The translations under genes were made by a program, and so were the position numbers. A stretch of 64,000 nt of DNA, taken from assembly GCA_965197585.1 (NCBI GenBank), contig OZ240215.1, forward strand, positions 800,001 to 864,000. Reading direction: 5' to 3'. Every line of letters begins with the position of its first letter. Positions within the stretch are counted from its first letter, which is position 1. Source of the stretch: Dehalococcoidia bacterium. GTDB taxonomy: Bacteria; Chloroflexota; Dehalococcoidia; Plut-88900. Positions 9,110 through 19,400 of the stretch are shown one piece after another. Below the pieces are notes generated by a model. That model saw nothing but the letters and a program-made list of their open reading frames with translations, was not told where the DNA came from and searched no databases.

Positions 9110-11362
9110 TTGAAACGTGTATTTGGAAAACTTATCCGGATGATTCTCAGGCCCGGGAAAACGGGGGCCACTGCGGCCCCGAAGAAGAATGCCGCCCCGG
9201 CCAAACCGCCCGTCCCCCTGCCATCGTTCTACATGCTGTCCCACCTGGAGGAGGACGGGCCCGTGAGGCTGGACGGTGTCAAGCTGGGCATCTGCGAGGT
9301 GATGGGCCTGGAACTGGACGAGCCGAGGCTCGGCTCCTTCGCGGGGGCCCTGAACGCCCTGGACTTCCCCGTCCAGCTCCTCGTCAGGCAGCACCCTCCG
9401 GTGCTGGACCGGCTGAGGGATGCCCTAAAGAAAGCCCAGCCCGAAGACCTGCCACCGAAGACCGAACAAGCCGCCGAGTCCCTTCGTGGCCTGCTCAGGG
9501 ACCTCGAGACCCGGGAGGGGGTGCTGGACCGGCGGTTCTACGTTGTATGCAAACACGATAGGGCCGAGGACGTGGCTTCCCTTCTGTCGCGGGTCGGCCT
9601 CTTCGTCCAGCCCCTTAAGGGCCGGACCCTGAGGATGTTCATCCTCGCATGCGCACTTGGCGGCTCTCCCAGGGACATGGACGAGGACAAGCCGGTGGAG
9701 GTGGAGATCAACCGCCGGGACCTGCGCAACGGCGACGGGCTCACCCGATCCCTCCACCTGGGGCGATGGCCCCGCACCCTTGTTCCCGGGTTCCTGCAGG
9801 CCCTCATGAACTCGGGCATCCCCATGGACATATCCGTCCACCTTGCCCCCATCACGGCTGACCAAGCGGCCCGCACACTGGAGTGGCAGAAGGTGAGGTT
9901 CGAATCGGCCCGCTCCATGTCCTTCCGCAAGGGCCGCAGCCTCTCCCCGGAGGCGGAGATAGCCCTGGAGGACGTCACCCGCCTCAGAGACGACGTTCAG
10001 CGGGGCCGGGAGCGTCTCTTCCACTCTTCCCTTTCCCTGACCCTTCATGCAGACGATCAGAAGAGTTTGAAGGAGATGACCCAGAGGACCAGGGCCCACT
10101 TTGCCGCCACCCTGGGTAAGCTGGACACCCTCCCCTTCCGCCAGAGGGAGGGGCTCCTCTCAACGCTGCCCCTGAATATCAACTCCGTGGCAATGTGGAG
10201 GAACCTGGACACCTCCTCCCTGGCGCGGCTGTTTCCCTTCTCGCCCCCCGACATGGACACGCGCAGCGGCACTCTCTACGGCCTGGACCTCAGGGCCCGG
10301 GCGCCCATCGTATACGACCCCTGGGACGGCACCCACCTGAACGCCAACACCGCCGTCCTGGCACGCTCGGGCAGCGGAAAGTCCTTCGCGACAAAGCTGG
10401 GAGTATTGCGGGGTATATGCCGCGGAATAACCGCCTACGTCATAGACCCCGAGGGGGAGTACGCCGACATGGCCAGGGCGGCGGGTGGCAGGGTGCTGTC
10501 GCCGGGCGTACCGGGACAGGGCATGAACCCCTTCGTCATGGACCGGAGGGACTCGGAGGAGCTGCTGCAGCGCATCGGAAGCCTGAGGAGGCTGATAGAG
10601 GTGATGGTGGGTGAGAAGCTCGGTGCGGAGCGTCGCGCTGACCTGGACCACGCCCTGGCCGGCTACTACGCCGAGCCCCGGGAGCGCACCGGGTTCCGTG
10701 ACTTCTACGGTTATCTGCAGAGCGGGGAGAACGACGACCCGGAGCTCGATTCGGGGCGGGCCCTGGCCAGGCTGCTGCGGCCCTTCGCCACCGGCAGCCT
10801 CCGCTACCTGCTCTCCGACGAGGGGGACGACCTGCTCCACAACGAGGCCCTGGTCACCGTATTCGACCTGAGGCTCCTTGAGCCCGAGCTCCGGCCCGCC
10901 GCCGCCATGGTCTGCACCGAGACGGTATGGGCCGCCGCGGCCCGGGACCCCAAGCCGAGGCTCCTTGTGGTGGACGAGGTGTGGAGCATCATGCAGCACC
11001 CCGAGGGAGCGGCCTTCATGGTCTCCATGGCCAAGAGGGCCCGCAAGCACCGGTTGGGGCTGCAGTTCATCACCCAGGACGTCCAGGACCTGCTCAGCGA
11101 GGACACCTCCCGCACCATCACCGGCCACTCCGGACGGGCTCTGCTGCAGAACGCCGCCTTCAAGCTGCTGCTCCAGCAGGACGCCGCCGCCATCAGTACG
11201 GTGGGGGATGCCTTCGACCTGCCCCAGGACCTGCAGAAGTGGCTTCTCTCCTGTCCCAGGGGAGACGGCCTGCTGCTGGCCAGGGGAAACCGGTTCCCGG
11301 TCCGCATCGAGGCCACGGCGGAGGAAGCCGAGATCATCGAGTGGAGGCCGGGGAGCCATTAG
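9110..11362 (+). CDS. virB4: VirB4-like conjugative ATPase
   Basis: Walker A ARSGSGKS, YVIDPEGEY, Walker B LLVVDEVW, RARKH...FITQ. Confidence 0.9.
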   Translation: MKRVFGKLIRMILRPGKTGATAAPKKNAAPAKPPVPLPSFYMLSHLEEDGPVRLDGVKLGICEVMGLELDEPRLGSFAGALNALDFPVQLLVRQHPPVLDRLRDALKKAQPEDLPPKTEQAAESLRGLLRDLETREGVLDRRFYVVCKHDRAEDVASLLSRVGLFVQPLKGRTLRMFILACALGGSPRDMDEDKPVEVEINRRDLRNGDGLTRSLHLGRWPRTLVPGFLQALMNSGIPMDISVHLAPITADQAARTLEWQKVRFESARSMSFRKGRSLSPEAEIALEDVTRLRDDVQRGRERLFHSSLSLTLHADDQKSLKEMTQRTRAHFAATLGKLDTLPFRQREGLLSTLPLNINSVAMWRNLDTSSLARLFPFSPPDMDTRSGTLYGLDLRARAPIVYDPWDGTHLNANTAVLARSGSGKSFATKLGVLRGICRGITAYVIDPEGEYADMARAAGGRVLSPGVPGQGMNPFVMDRRDSEELLQRIGSLRRLIEVMVGEKLGAERRADLDHALAGYYAEPRERTGFRDFYGYLQSGENDDPELDSGRALARLLRPFATGSLRYLLSDEGDDLLHNEALVTVFDLRLLEPELRPAAAMVCTETVWAAAARDPKPRLLVVDEVWSIMQHPEGAAFMVSMAKRARKHRLGLQFITQDVQDLLSEDTSRTITGHSGRALLQNAAFKLLLQQDAAAISTVGDAFDLPQDLQKWLLSCPRGDGLLLARGNRFPVRIEATAEEAEIIEWRPGSH

Positions 11363-11378
11363 TCAAAGGAAGAACGCT

Positions 11379-13976
11379 ATGCGATTCAACCCGATAAAGT
11401 TATTTTCAGACAAGTCCCCTGATGTCCAGCCGGTTCTGTTGGCCATCACACCACCCCGCACCGGTGAGCGCACCCTGCTTGGGGTGGAGAACATGCTCTC
11501 CTCGCTGGCCGTACCGGAACCTTTCTCGCTGGAGCTGGCCGGAGAGGCCCACGGTGTGACCCTCCTGACCCGATGCCTCCGCGACCAGGTGGTGAGGGCT
11601 CAGGTAGCCGCCCACTATCCCCAGGCACGCATCCGGGAGGTGGTCCCCGAAGAAGACCCTCTGAGACTCCGGGATGGCGAGCAGGCCTGGGGCATGACGT
11701 TGCGGTCCTCGGGCCCCGAGTACGTGCCGCTGCGGGTGTTCAGGGACGGCGACCTGCTCGATCCCGGCTCCGACCCCCTCATTGCCCTGCTGGGTGCCCT
11801 CTCGGACCTCAACGAGGGAGAGCGGGTCGTAACCCGGCTACTGCTGCGCTCCCTGGGCCCCGAGTGGTCGCTGCACCACGCGGAGATGGCCCACGCCGCG
11901 CCCTCCGCCCGGGCCGGGCCCGCATCCCGCTCCCAAGAAGCAGGGACGTCTCAAGGGCCGGGCTGGGGGACGGCCGTCCTGGGCGTCGGGGCCCTGGCCG
12001 CCTACCAGGGTTATACCTGGGTGCAGGCCGGAGAGACATGGAAGACGGTTCTCCTGGGGCTGGGGGCTGCCGTCCTCCTGGCAGTCGGAGGCTGGGCATG
12101 GCGCCGCTGGAAGGCGTCCCGGTCCCGGGTCTTCGACCCCCTGCTCATCAGGGAGAAGGTCTCCCGCATCGCCTTCGATGCCGAGATACGCGTCGTTGCA
12201 GTTCTGCCTGAAAGCACCGGGCCGCAGCGTGCCGAGGAGCTGTTGGGGCAGGTCGTAGCCGCCTACCGCCACTACGATAACCCCGCCGGGGCCCGGTTCC
12301 GCGTGGGGAAGGCCGGGCCCACGCATCCGACCTTAGACCTCCAACCGTCGGGGCCGGGGCTGTTCGGAAGGCGAAGCGTCATGGGGGTGCGGGAGGCCGC
12401 GTGCCTCTGGCACCCGCCCGGGGAGGGGGACGAGACCCCTCTCGTGGCCCGCGCCGGGTCGAAGGTGCTGATGCCCGCGGCCCGCAGCGTCAGGGAGGGC
12501 GCCCACGTCGGAGAGACCACGGCGGGGACTCCCCGGAAGATCCATTTCCCCGGAGACCTGCTGCGGCGGCACCACCTCTACGTGGCCCGGACCCGCATGG
12601 GCAAGTCCACCCTCATGCACCACGTGGTTGCCCACAAGATGTGGGAGAAGGCCGCAGGCAGGGATACGGACGCCATAGTCGTCATTGATCCCCACGCCGA
12701 CCTGGTGAGCGGCCTGCTGGATCACGTGCCCGAGACCCTCGTCGACCGGGTGCGGCTCATAGACTTGGCGGACGAACGGGGAGCGCCCGGAATCAACCTG
12801 CTGGACACCCGGGTGTTTACCGACCGGGACCGCACCGCCGACTCGGTGGTACGCGTGGCAAAGGGCCTGTGGGAGCAGTGGGGGCCCAGGATGCAGTCGA
12901 TCCTGGAGCAGACGGTCAAGAGCCTCCACGAGGCCAACGAGCACCGGGAGTCCGGGGAGCAGTACACGATCCTCGACGGGCTGAGGATCCTCTCCGACGA
13001 CAAGTTCCGCAGCGAGGTGCTGGCCAGGGTAGACGACCCGTATCTCCTGGAGTGGTGGGCGAGGGACTTCGGCGGCTGGCGCCGGGAGTACAGGGCCGAG
13101 GCCCTGGCTCCCGTGCAGACCCGTCTCTCCTACTACGCTACCTCCAAGCGTGCGCGGGCCGTGCTTGGCCAGTCCCGGTCCACCATCGACATGCGCCGTA
13201 CGATCCATGACGGAGGCGTCCTGCTGGTCTCCACCGCCCAGGGGAGCGTGGGCAGGGACGTGGCCGCCCTGGTCGGCGCATCCCTCCTCAACCTGGTAGA
13301 CGCCGTCATCCGGGAGCAGGGGCGCCTGCCCCCGGAGAGGAGACGGGGCGCCCTCGTGGTCGTGGACGAGATGCAGTCGATGCCCGGCGTGGACTACGAG
13401 GGGATGCTGTCGGAGCTGGGCAAGTTCGGGGCCTCGTTCATCCTGGCCACCCAGAGCCTCGCCAAGCTGGACGACCTCTCCCGCACCATGCGGGACACCC
13501 TGCTGGCCAACGTGGGCTGCCTGACCGTGTTCCAGGTGGCGGGCAACGACGCAAGGCAACTGGTCTGGGAGTTGGGCCGGGACAGGGTCTCGGAGGAGGA
13601 TATCACCTCCCTGCCGGTGCACCACTGCTACGTCAGGGGCACGGTGGGCAAGGAGCGGATGCCCGCGTTCTCCATGATGGTCAGAAAGCCCGAGCCGGGA
13701 GACCCCGGGACCGGTGTGCGCATACGCTCCGAATCCGAGAGTTACGCCACCGCAGCCCGCGACATCGCTGAGAGGAACTCGGACCAGCAGGATTTGGTTG
13801 AGAAGTACCGGGGGGACCTGGGGGAGTTGAGGAACGGCGAGAACCTCCCAACGGCAGATGACGATCATGGGACTGGCCCGTCGAAGGGTGATGCCCGGCG
13901 CAAAGTGCGCACCAAGAGGGACAGGACGGACGGGGCCGTCGCACCTGAGGTGGCTGAAGAGGACGGCGGCCAATGA
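11379..13976 (+). CDS. virD4: Type IV coupling protein (VirD4/TraD-like)
   Basis: Two TMs, Walker A variant ARTRMGKS, IDPHADLV, VVVDEMQ, FILATQSL; AAGGA RBS before ATG 11379. Confidence 0.85.
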   Translation: MRFNPIKLFSDKSPDVQPVLLAITPPRTGERTLLGVENMLSSLAVPEPFSLELAGEAHGVTLLTRCLRDQVVRAQVAAHYPQARIREVVPEEDPLRLRDGEQAWGMTLRSSGPEYVPLRVFRDGDLLDPGSDPLIALLGALSDLNEGERVVTRLLLRSLGPEWSLHHAEMAHAAPSARAGPASRSQEAGTSQGPGWGTAVLGVGALAAYQGYTWVQAGETWKTVLLGLGAAVLLAVGGWAWRRWKASRSRVFDPLLIREKVSRIAFDAEIRVVAVLPESTGPQRAEELLGQVVAAYRHYDNPAGARFRVGKAGPTHPTLDLQPSGPGLFGRRSVMGVREAACLWHPPGEGDETPLVARAGSKVLMPAARSVREGAHVGETTAGTPRKIHFPGDLLRRHHLYVARTRMGKSTLMHHVVAHKMWEKAAGRDTDAIVVIDPHADLVSGLLDHVPETLVDRVRLIDLADERGAPGINLLDTRVFTDRDRTADSVVRVAKGLWEQWGPRMQSILEQTVKSLHEANEHRESGEQYTILDGLRILSDDKFRSEVLARVDDPYLLEWWARDFGGWRREYRAEALAPVQTRLSYYATSKRARAVLGQSRSTIDMRRTIHDGGVLLVSTAQGSVGRDVAALVGASLLNLVDAVIREQGRLPPERRRGALVVVDEMQSMPGVDYEGMLSELGKFGASFILATQSLAKLDDLSRTMRDTLLANVGCLTVFQVAGNDARQLVWELGRDRVSEEDITSLPVHHCYVRGTVGKERMPAFSMMVRKPEPGDPGTGVRIRSESESYATAARDIAERNSDQQDLVEKYRGDLGELRNGENLPTADDDHGTGPSKGDARRKVRTKRDRTDGAVAPEVAEEDGGQ

Positions 13977-15601
13977 GTTCCCTGGATGGTGAGCTGTTGG
14001 GGCTCCTGGCCCGGATGCCCTTTCTCGACCGGTTGGAGGCGGCCATATTCTCCGGCTGGTCCAGGGGCGCAGTCTACGGCGCCATGTCCCGGATGGAGGA
14101 CGCCGGGCTGATCTCCGCAGTCCCCCACGCCACCAGCATCACCGCCGCAACCCGCAGGTTCCACCTCACCTCCGCCGGGCTGGCCTGTCTGGCGCAACGG
14201 GAGGGAACTACAGTGGACGAATTGCTGCGGACCCGTCCCGTCCCAGCCTGGTGGCGGCGCCTCCTCCTGGAGCGCCTTGACGCCGCGGCCGTCATCTACC
14301 GGCTGGCCTCCGCCGTCGCCCAGATCGCCCACCCCGTGGGATTTAGGTGGTATCGGGCCATGCCGATGGACGCTGGACTCACTCTCCCCAGCGGCTGCAC
14401 TGTAGCCGTGGTAAGGCAGGGACATACCTCCGACAGGACGGGCTTCTCCAAACGCCTCTGGAGGCTCCGTGAGGGGCCCCGGCCTGACGGCATCCTCCTG
14501 CTGGCCCCCGACGAGACCCGGCTGCGCCACTCCCGCAGGCTGCTGGCGGGAACCCCCGCGGTCCTTGCCCTTGAGTCCGATGCAGCCGCCGCCGGAGTGG
14601 ATGACCCGGTGTGGAGGCTGCCCTCGGTAAACGCCTCAGTCGACCTCCGCACCGCCCTTGACCGCATGGGCTACGGCGGAGATCTTCCGGTTGAGCGGGC
14701 CCTTACGCGGCTGTCTCCGCCCCAGGACCTCGTTACGGAGGCCCGGGGTGGAGACGTTCCCGACTTCATGCTCCCGGCCCTGCTCAAGCCCACCGAGAAA
14801 TGCGCCCTCGATCTCCTATCCGACTGGCCCTGGATCGCCCTGGACGACCTGGCCGGGTTACTGGGCCTGTCCCGCACCCGCACCTACCGCCTCACCTCCA
14901 CCCTGGAGACCTTCGGACTGGTGACCCGGGTCCCGGCGGGAGGGCGCCGCCTGACCCTCACGGACCGGGGGCTGGCCGTCCTGGCCCGCAGGGACCGCAC
15001 GTCCGTGGGCTGGGCAAGGAAGCGGTGGAGTTCCGCCCCCAGGGATGCCGACGACTGGCGCAGCGTATCGGGGAGGCGGAGCCGCCAGCTCCTGCGCAAC
15101 ATGGAGCACACTGGGGCCGTTCACGGGTTCATGGCGGCGCTGGCCCGCCAGGCACGCGCCCTCGGCTGGGAAACCCTCCAGTTGGACCCGCCCCGCAGGG
15201 CATCCCGCTACTTCCAGCACTTTGGCGGGATGCGCTCCATCCAACCCGACGCCTTCGGCATACTGCGACGGAAGGGAGGGATACGGCCCTTCTTCCTGGA
15301 GTGGGAGCGCAGGGCGGTGCGTCCGAGTACCATGGCAGATCGCCTGGCCCCCTACCTCCGCTACTACTCTTCACACCGGCCCGTAGACGACCACGGCGCA
15401 AGGCCCGTCGTGCTGGTGGTACTCCACGAAGACCTGGCAGCCATCCACTTCCTGCGGGTGGCGTCCGGGGAGATGGAACGCACAAGGACCATCCTTCCCC
15501 TGCTGGTATCCCACGGGAGCCTGCTCAAGCGGGAGGAGCCACTGGGCCGGGCATGGCTCACCCCAGGCGGCGAGACGACGAGAATGATACCAGCGGGCTG
15601 A
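13973..15601 (+). CDS. Replication-relaxation (Replic_Relax, PD-(D/E)XK) family relaxase with internal duplication
   Basis: wHTH + HT motif + IQPDAFG...FFLEWER; ATGA coupled to coupling protein. Confidence 0.8.
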   Translation: MSSLDGELLGLLARMPFLDRLEAAIFSGWSRGAVYGAMSRMEDAGLISAVPHATSITAATRRFHLTSAGLACLAQREGTTVDELLRTRPVPAWWRRLLLERLDAAAVIYRLASAVAQIAHPVGFRWYRAMPMDAGLTLPSGCTVAVVRQGHTSDRTGFSKRLWRLREGPRPDGILLLAPDETRLRHSRRLLAGTPAVLALESDAAAAGVDDPVWRLPSVNASVDLRTALDRMGYGGDLPVERALTRLSPPQDLVTEARGGDVPDFMLPALLKPTEKCALDLLSDWPWIALDDLAGLLGLSRTRTYRLTSTLETFGLVTRVPAGGRRLTLTDRGLAVLARRDRTSVGWARKRWSSAPRDADDWRSVSGRRSRQLLRNMEHTGAVHGFMAALARQARALGWETLQLDPPRRASRYFQHFGGMRSIQPDAFGILRRKGGIRPFFLEWERRAVRPSTMADRLAPYLRYYSSHRPVDDHGARPVVLVVLHEDLAAIHFLRVASGEMERTRTILPLLVSHGSLLKREEPLGRAWLTPGGETTRMIPAG

Positions 15602-15632
15602 GCTCCCGCACCAATCAAGGAGAACGAAAGAC

Positions 15633-16388
15633 ATGAGGCTGTACTACATCGCTGATTCCGAAGGGTCTGACCACTACGTACGATCAGCCTTGGGCGTTGA
15701 TGCCGAGCGTTGGAACGACCTATACCGACGGGTGTTTGACTGGCGTATGTGCCTGCAGGAACGATGCACCGTCCCGGTCGACCGGGAACTCAACGCCGGA
15801 GACCTGCTGACGGGCAGGGGGATGCTGGCACGCTGCTGCGGGGCAAACCGTAACCTGACACCGGAACATGGGGCTCAAATCTTCCTGGACGGACTGCGAG
15901 TCATCGAGACCGCCGCCGGTACCGTGGGAGGGGTTGAGGTTATCAATGTTTGTCTCTGGAAGCAGGATGTTCAGCGGTATGAACAGGTCAGCCTCGACCG
16001 GCTCCTGAACCGCATCAATGCGTCGGTTGCAGCAACGGGACGCCTTGCCCTCCTCATCTTTGACGAGGACGTGGCGGAAGCGCAAGCACAACTCTACCAC
16101 AGGCTCAGGAGCCGCAAACCCGTGCCAAGCAGGTACGAGGCCTGGGAGGACGGCGAGAGGACGAAGGACATCCCCATAGACAGGATCATCGGCGGCCCAG
16201 CCTTCCGAAGCTCCCACTCCGACCACCTGCTACAGATGGCTGACCTCATCGGCCACGCCCTCCTTAAGCCGGAGGAGCCGTCGCCCAGGGTGGTGCGTCT
16301 GGGCATCGACCGGGCCTTCGGGATCCTCGGCCGCGCCCTCAACCGCAGGGCGTCCAGGCGATACCTCCAGGGCGTCGTCAGGAGATGA
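15633..16388 (+). CDS. DUF3800-like (RNase H fold) protein
   Basis: LIFDE and SHSDHLLQMADLIGHAL motifs; N-terminal acidic motif atypical (YIADSEG). Confidence 0.7.
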   Translation: MRLYYIADSEGSDHYVRSALGVDAERWNDLYRRVFDWRMCLQERCTVPVDRELNAGDLLTGRGMLARCCGANRNLTPEHGAQIFLDGLRVIETAAGTVGGVEVINVCLWKQDVQRYEQVSLDRLLNRINASVAATGRLALLIFDEDVAEAQAQLYHRLRSRKPVPSRYEAWEDGERTKDIPIDRIIGGPAFRSSHSDHLLQMADLIGHALLKPEEPSPRVVRLGIDRAFGILGRALNRRASRRYLQGVVRR

Positions 16389-16488
16389 GTGGACAGGGCA
16401 TTTGGCCCTGCGTACAGGCTCCGTAGTCGTGACGGTCGATGCTCGACAAAGGTAGAATGATGGCCAGTACCATGAGTAGAGAGAACTT

Positions 16489-19400
16489 GTGGTAGAAACC
16501 TCGGGGCATCTAAGTGACAATTTGCTCCGTTGGGTTTCGGAAGCAAAGAGAGATGTCAACCAAATAGAAGAGTGGAAATCAAAAGTGATTAGTAAAGATG
16601 AGATTAAAGACCGGGTACTGACTGAGAATACCGCACAGGGAATTCTCAACCACCTGAGAGAACTCGAATCTAATCGGGCACGTATGCAAAGGCGATGGAT
16701 ATGGGAGCTCTTGCAGAACGCCCGTGATGCTGCCGCCGACGATGATACTCACCTCGTCGCCTCCGTTGAGCTTGGCCGTGGTGAGCTTGTTTTTCAGCAC
16801 AACGGTCGCGGATTTACTATGGAGGAAGTAGCTCACCTCATCTATCACGGCTCCACCAAATTAGAGGATGAGAAGGCCATCGGGCAATACGGTAGCGGCT
16901 TTCTGACAACTCACCTGCTATCACCCGAGATCGATGTCTCCGGGCAACTCAGCGATGAGAGACATTTCAACTTTCGCTTGAGGCGTGAAATCGTATCCAC
17001 CAAGGCACTCAGTGACTCTATGGATAGAGCATGGGATGAGTTTGATGCATCTACCGAAGCCTTAGCAGATAGTTTCACGACCCGGTTCCGCTACCCCGTG
17101 GCTGAAGAATCGGTCGGCGCTGTAGAAGAAGGAATCGAAACACTGAAGCAATGCGCCCCGTTCGTGGTCGTTTTCAATCGTCAATTTCGGCGCATCAACA
17201 TCAAGTCCCTGGAAGAGACTACGACTTTCGAAGTGGTCGAACGCGTCCCCTTAGAAGCGGGATTGCAGACAGTCACAGTCGGAGTAAGCGAACATGGGTC
17301 TTTGAGAGAACGAAAATACCTTCTGGCGGAAGGCGAGCTAGCATCTGTGACCATTCCAATGGCGCCGATTGATAATGGGGCAATCTGCTTACCTCTTGAA
17401 GGTATACCGAGACTCTTCCTAGGATTTCCCCTGGTGGGGACTGAAACTTTCAGCTTTCCAGCCGTCACAAACAGCTTTGCATTCACTCCAACCGAAAACA
17501 GAGATGGCGTCTTTCTCGGACAGAGCGATGACGAGGCAAACCACACGAATCAAGCCGTCATGGAAGAAGCCTGCGACTTGCACGTCAAGTTGGTTGAATT
17601 CGTGGCCAAATCTCGTTGGGCAAACACCCATACGCTGGCGGCCATCCCTCCAATCAGTGAGCAGACTTGGCTAAGTAGAGACTGGATTCATGACCGACTC
17701 GGACACCTCGTGACTCAAATTCGCCAAACCCTCGCCGTTATCAGTGCAGATGCCGCCTTCTCTCCCAAAGACTCTATTGTACCGCTCGCGGGTGAAGTCA
17801 TGGCCACGGAAGCTCTTTGGGACCTGCTATGCGAGATCAAGACTTTCCGACCAAAGTTACCAGCAAGGAATGAGGCCGATGGATGGCGCGCGGCGGTCGA
17901 GAGCTGGGCGGCCATTACAGGTCGCGACACGACATCATTCGGGGAGGGATATGACGGCAGCAAATTGGTGTCCTTTCTTGAAGAGGCGACCAAAGGTGAT
18001 GACACCGACTCTGGCACGTTTGAAGGACTCGAGAATGTACTTCAACACGAGGTTGATGCAGTCGAATGGCTTGACCGGCTTTATCGATTCCTTAAGGACG
18101 AGGGCTTTGATAACTTGATTCGCGAGAGTCACGTTGTTCTTGACCAGGCTGGCTATCTCGATAAGCTCTCCAACCTGTATCGTGACAACGACATAGGCGA
18201 GGAGTTGAAGGCTATCGGGGATGATGTCCTCGATATGGGGATTCGAGGTCGCCTTCGTGACACTCGCCTTACTTCTCTTGCCGATGAAATAGGCAAAGGA
18301 GAACTTGGCAATAAGGATGTGATCCAAGAGATAACCGACAACCTTGAAGAGCTTTGCAGTGAAGGAACTCTCGGGGACAAATTCACTCAGGCTAGCCCGC
18401 GTCTCCTAGCCTGGCTCGTTACTAACAAGCAATGGAATTATCTGACGGGTTTTCCCGCATTCTCAACTAGGCCCGAAGACGGAAGCTGTGAGGTGCTATG
18501 GCTAGGTCAAAAGGGAGGCGAAGACGTTGAGGTGCCCCTAGCCCCAATTAAAGCATGGACGGAGGACCTTCAGCAGTACGCAGACCTCTTCCCGTGGCGA
18601 TACATCATGGCGGAAGAGTTTTTTGCTCTACTGCCTGAGGCCGATGTCTGGCCCATGCTGAGCGGGCAAGGGTATGTGAGAACGGATGTGGTGGTCAGCG
18701 GCAACAAATCCCGTGGAGACTTCCTTCCAGATGAACCATTAGCAGACGGCGAACACAAGACCGTTGACGCCGTTGCTCTGACTGACCTGATCCTCTTTAC
18801 TAGGGACAGAGTAGGGGTCATGGCACGCGTTCGCGACAGTCAAGCCCGCGCTCGACTCTTCTGGCGATTCTTAACAGAATGGTTGATCAAACGCGATCCG
18901 AAAGGCTTGGAGCTTAAGACAGCAGACTGTGAATGTGGAGCCAGTCACAGGTACTATTCGGCGATGTGGCTGGTGCCAGTCGTCAGGAACAGTTGGGTTC
19001 CCCAAGGAAATGATATACGCGACCGCGCTACGGCGCAGTCCCTTGCCAAGCTTCTTAGAGGCAGTGGGTGGACCCCCAATGCTCTAGGTGATACCTCTGC
19101 TGCTCTCAAACTTTTGGAAGCAATTCGAGTGACCCGCTTTGACTTAATGAGGCATTTCGTCGTCAGCGACGATGCATCCCGATCTGCCTTGGACGACACA
19201 ATGACCAATATTCTGGTTTCGACTGGTGGAGATCTCAGCCATGTCCGCGACTTTGTGGAAGATATGAAGACGGACAAGGACCTGCCTCAGCATCTCGCAG
19301 ACCGCCGGGAACGGAGGCGGGTCGTGCATGAGAATCAACGATTGGGAGGTCTCGTGGAAGACTTGGTGAAGGAGGGGTTGGAAGACGAGGGGTTCACTGT

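Noticed and set aside
10878-11378. N-terminal extension of the 1032-aa ORF
   Set aside because: Overlaps virB4 out of frame; a good RBS precedes ATG 11379
10160-13973. Long antisense ORFs (10160-11359, 12333-13973) and similar ones at 1380-2198, 5033-6157, 7446-8567
   Set aside because: Shadow frames of high-GC genes that have clear motifs on the opposite strand
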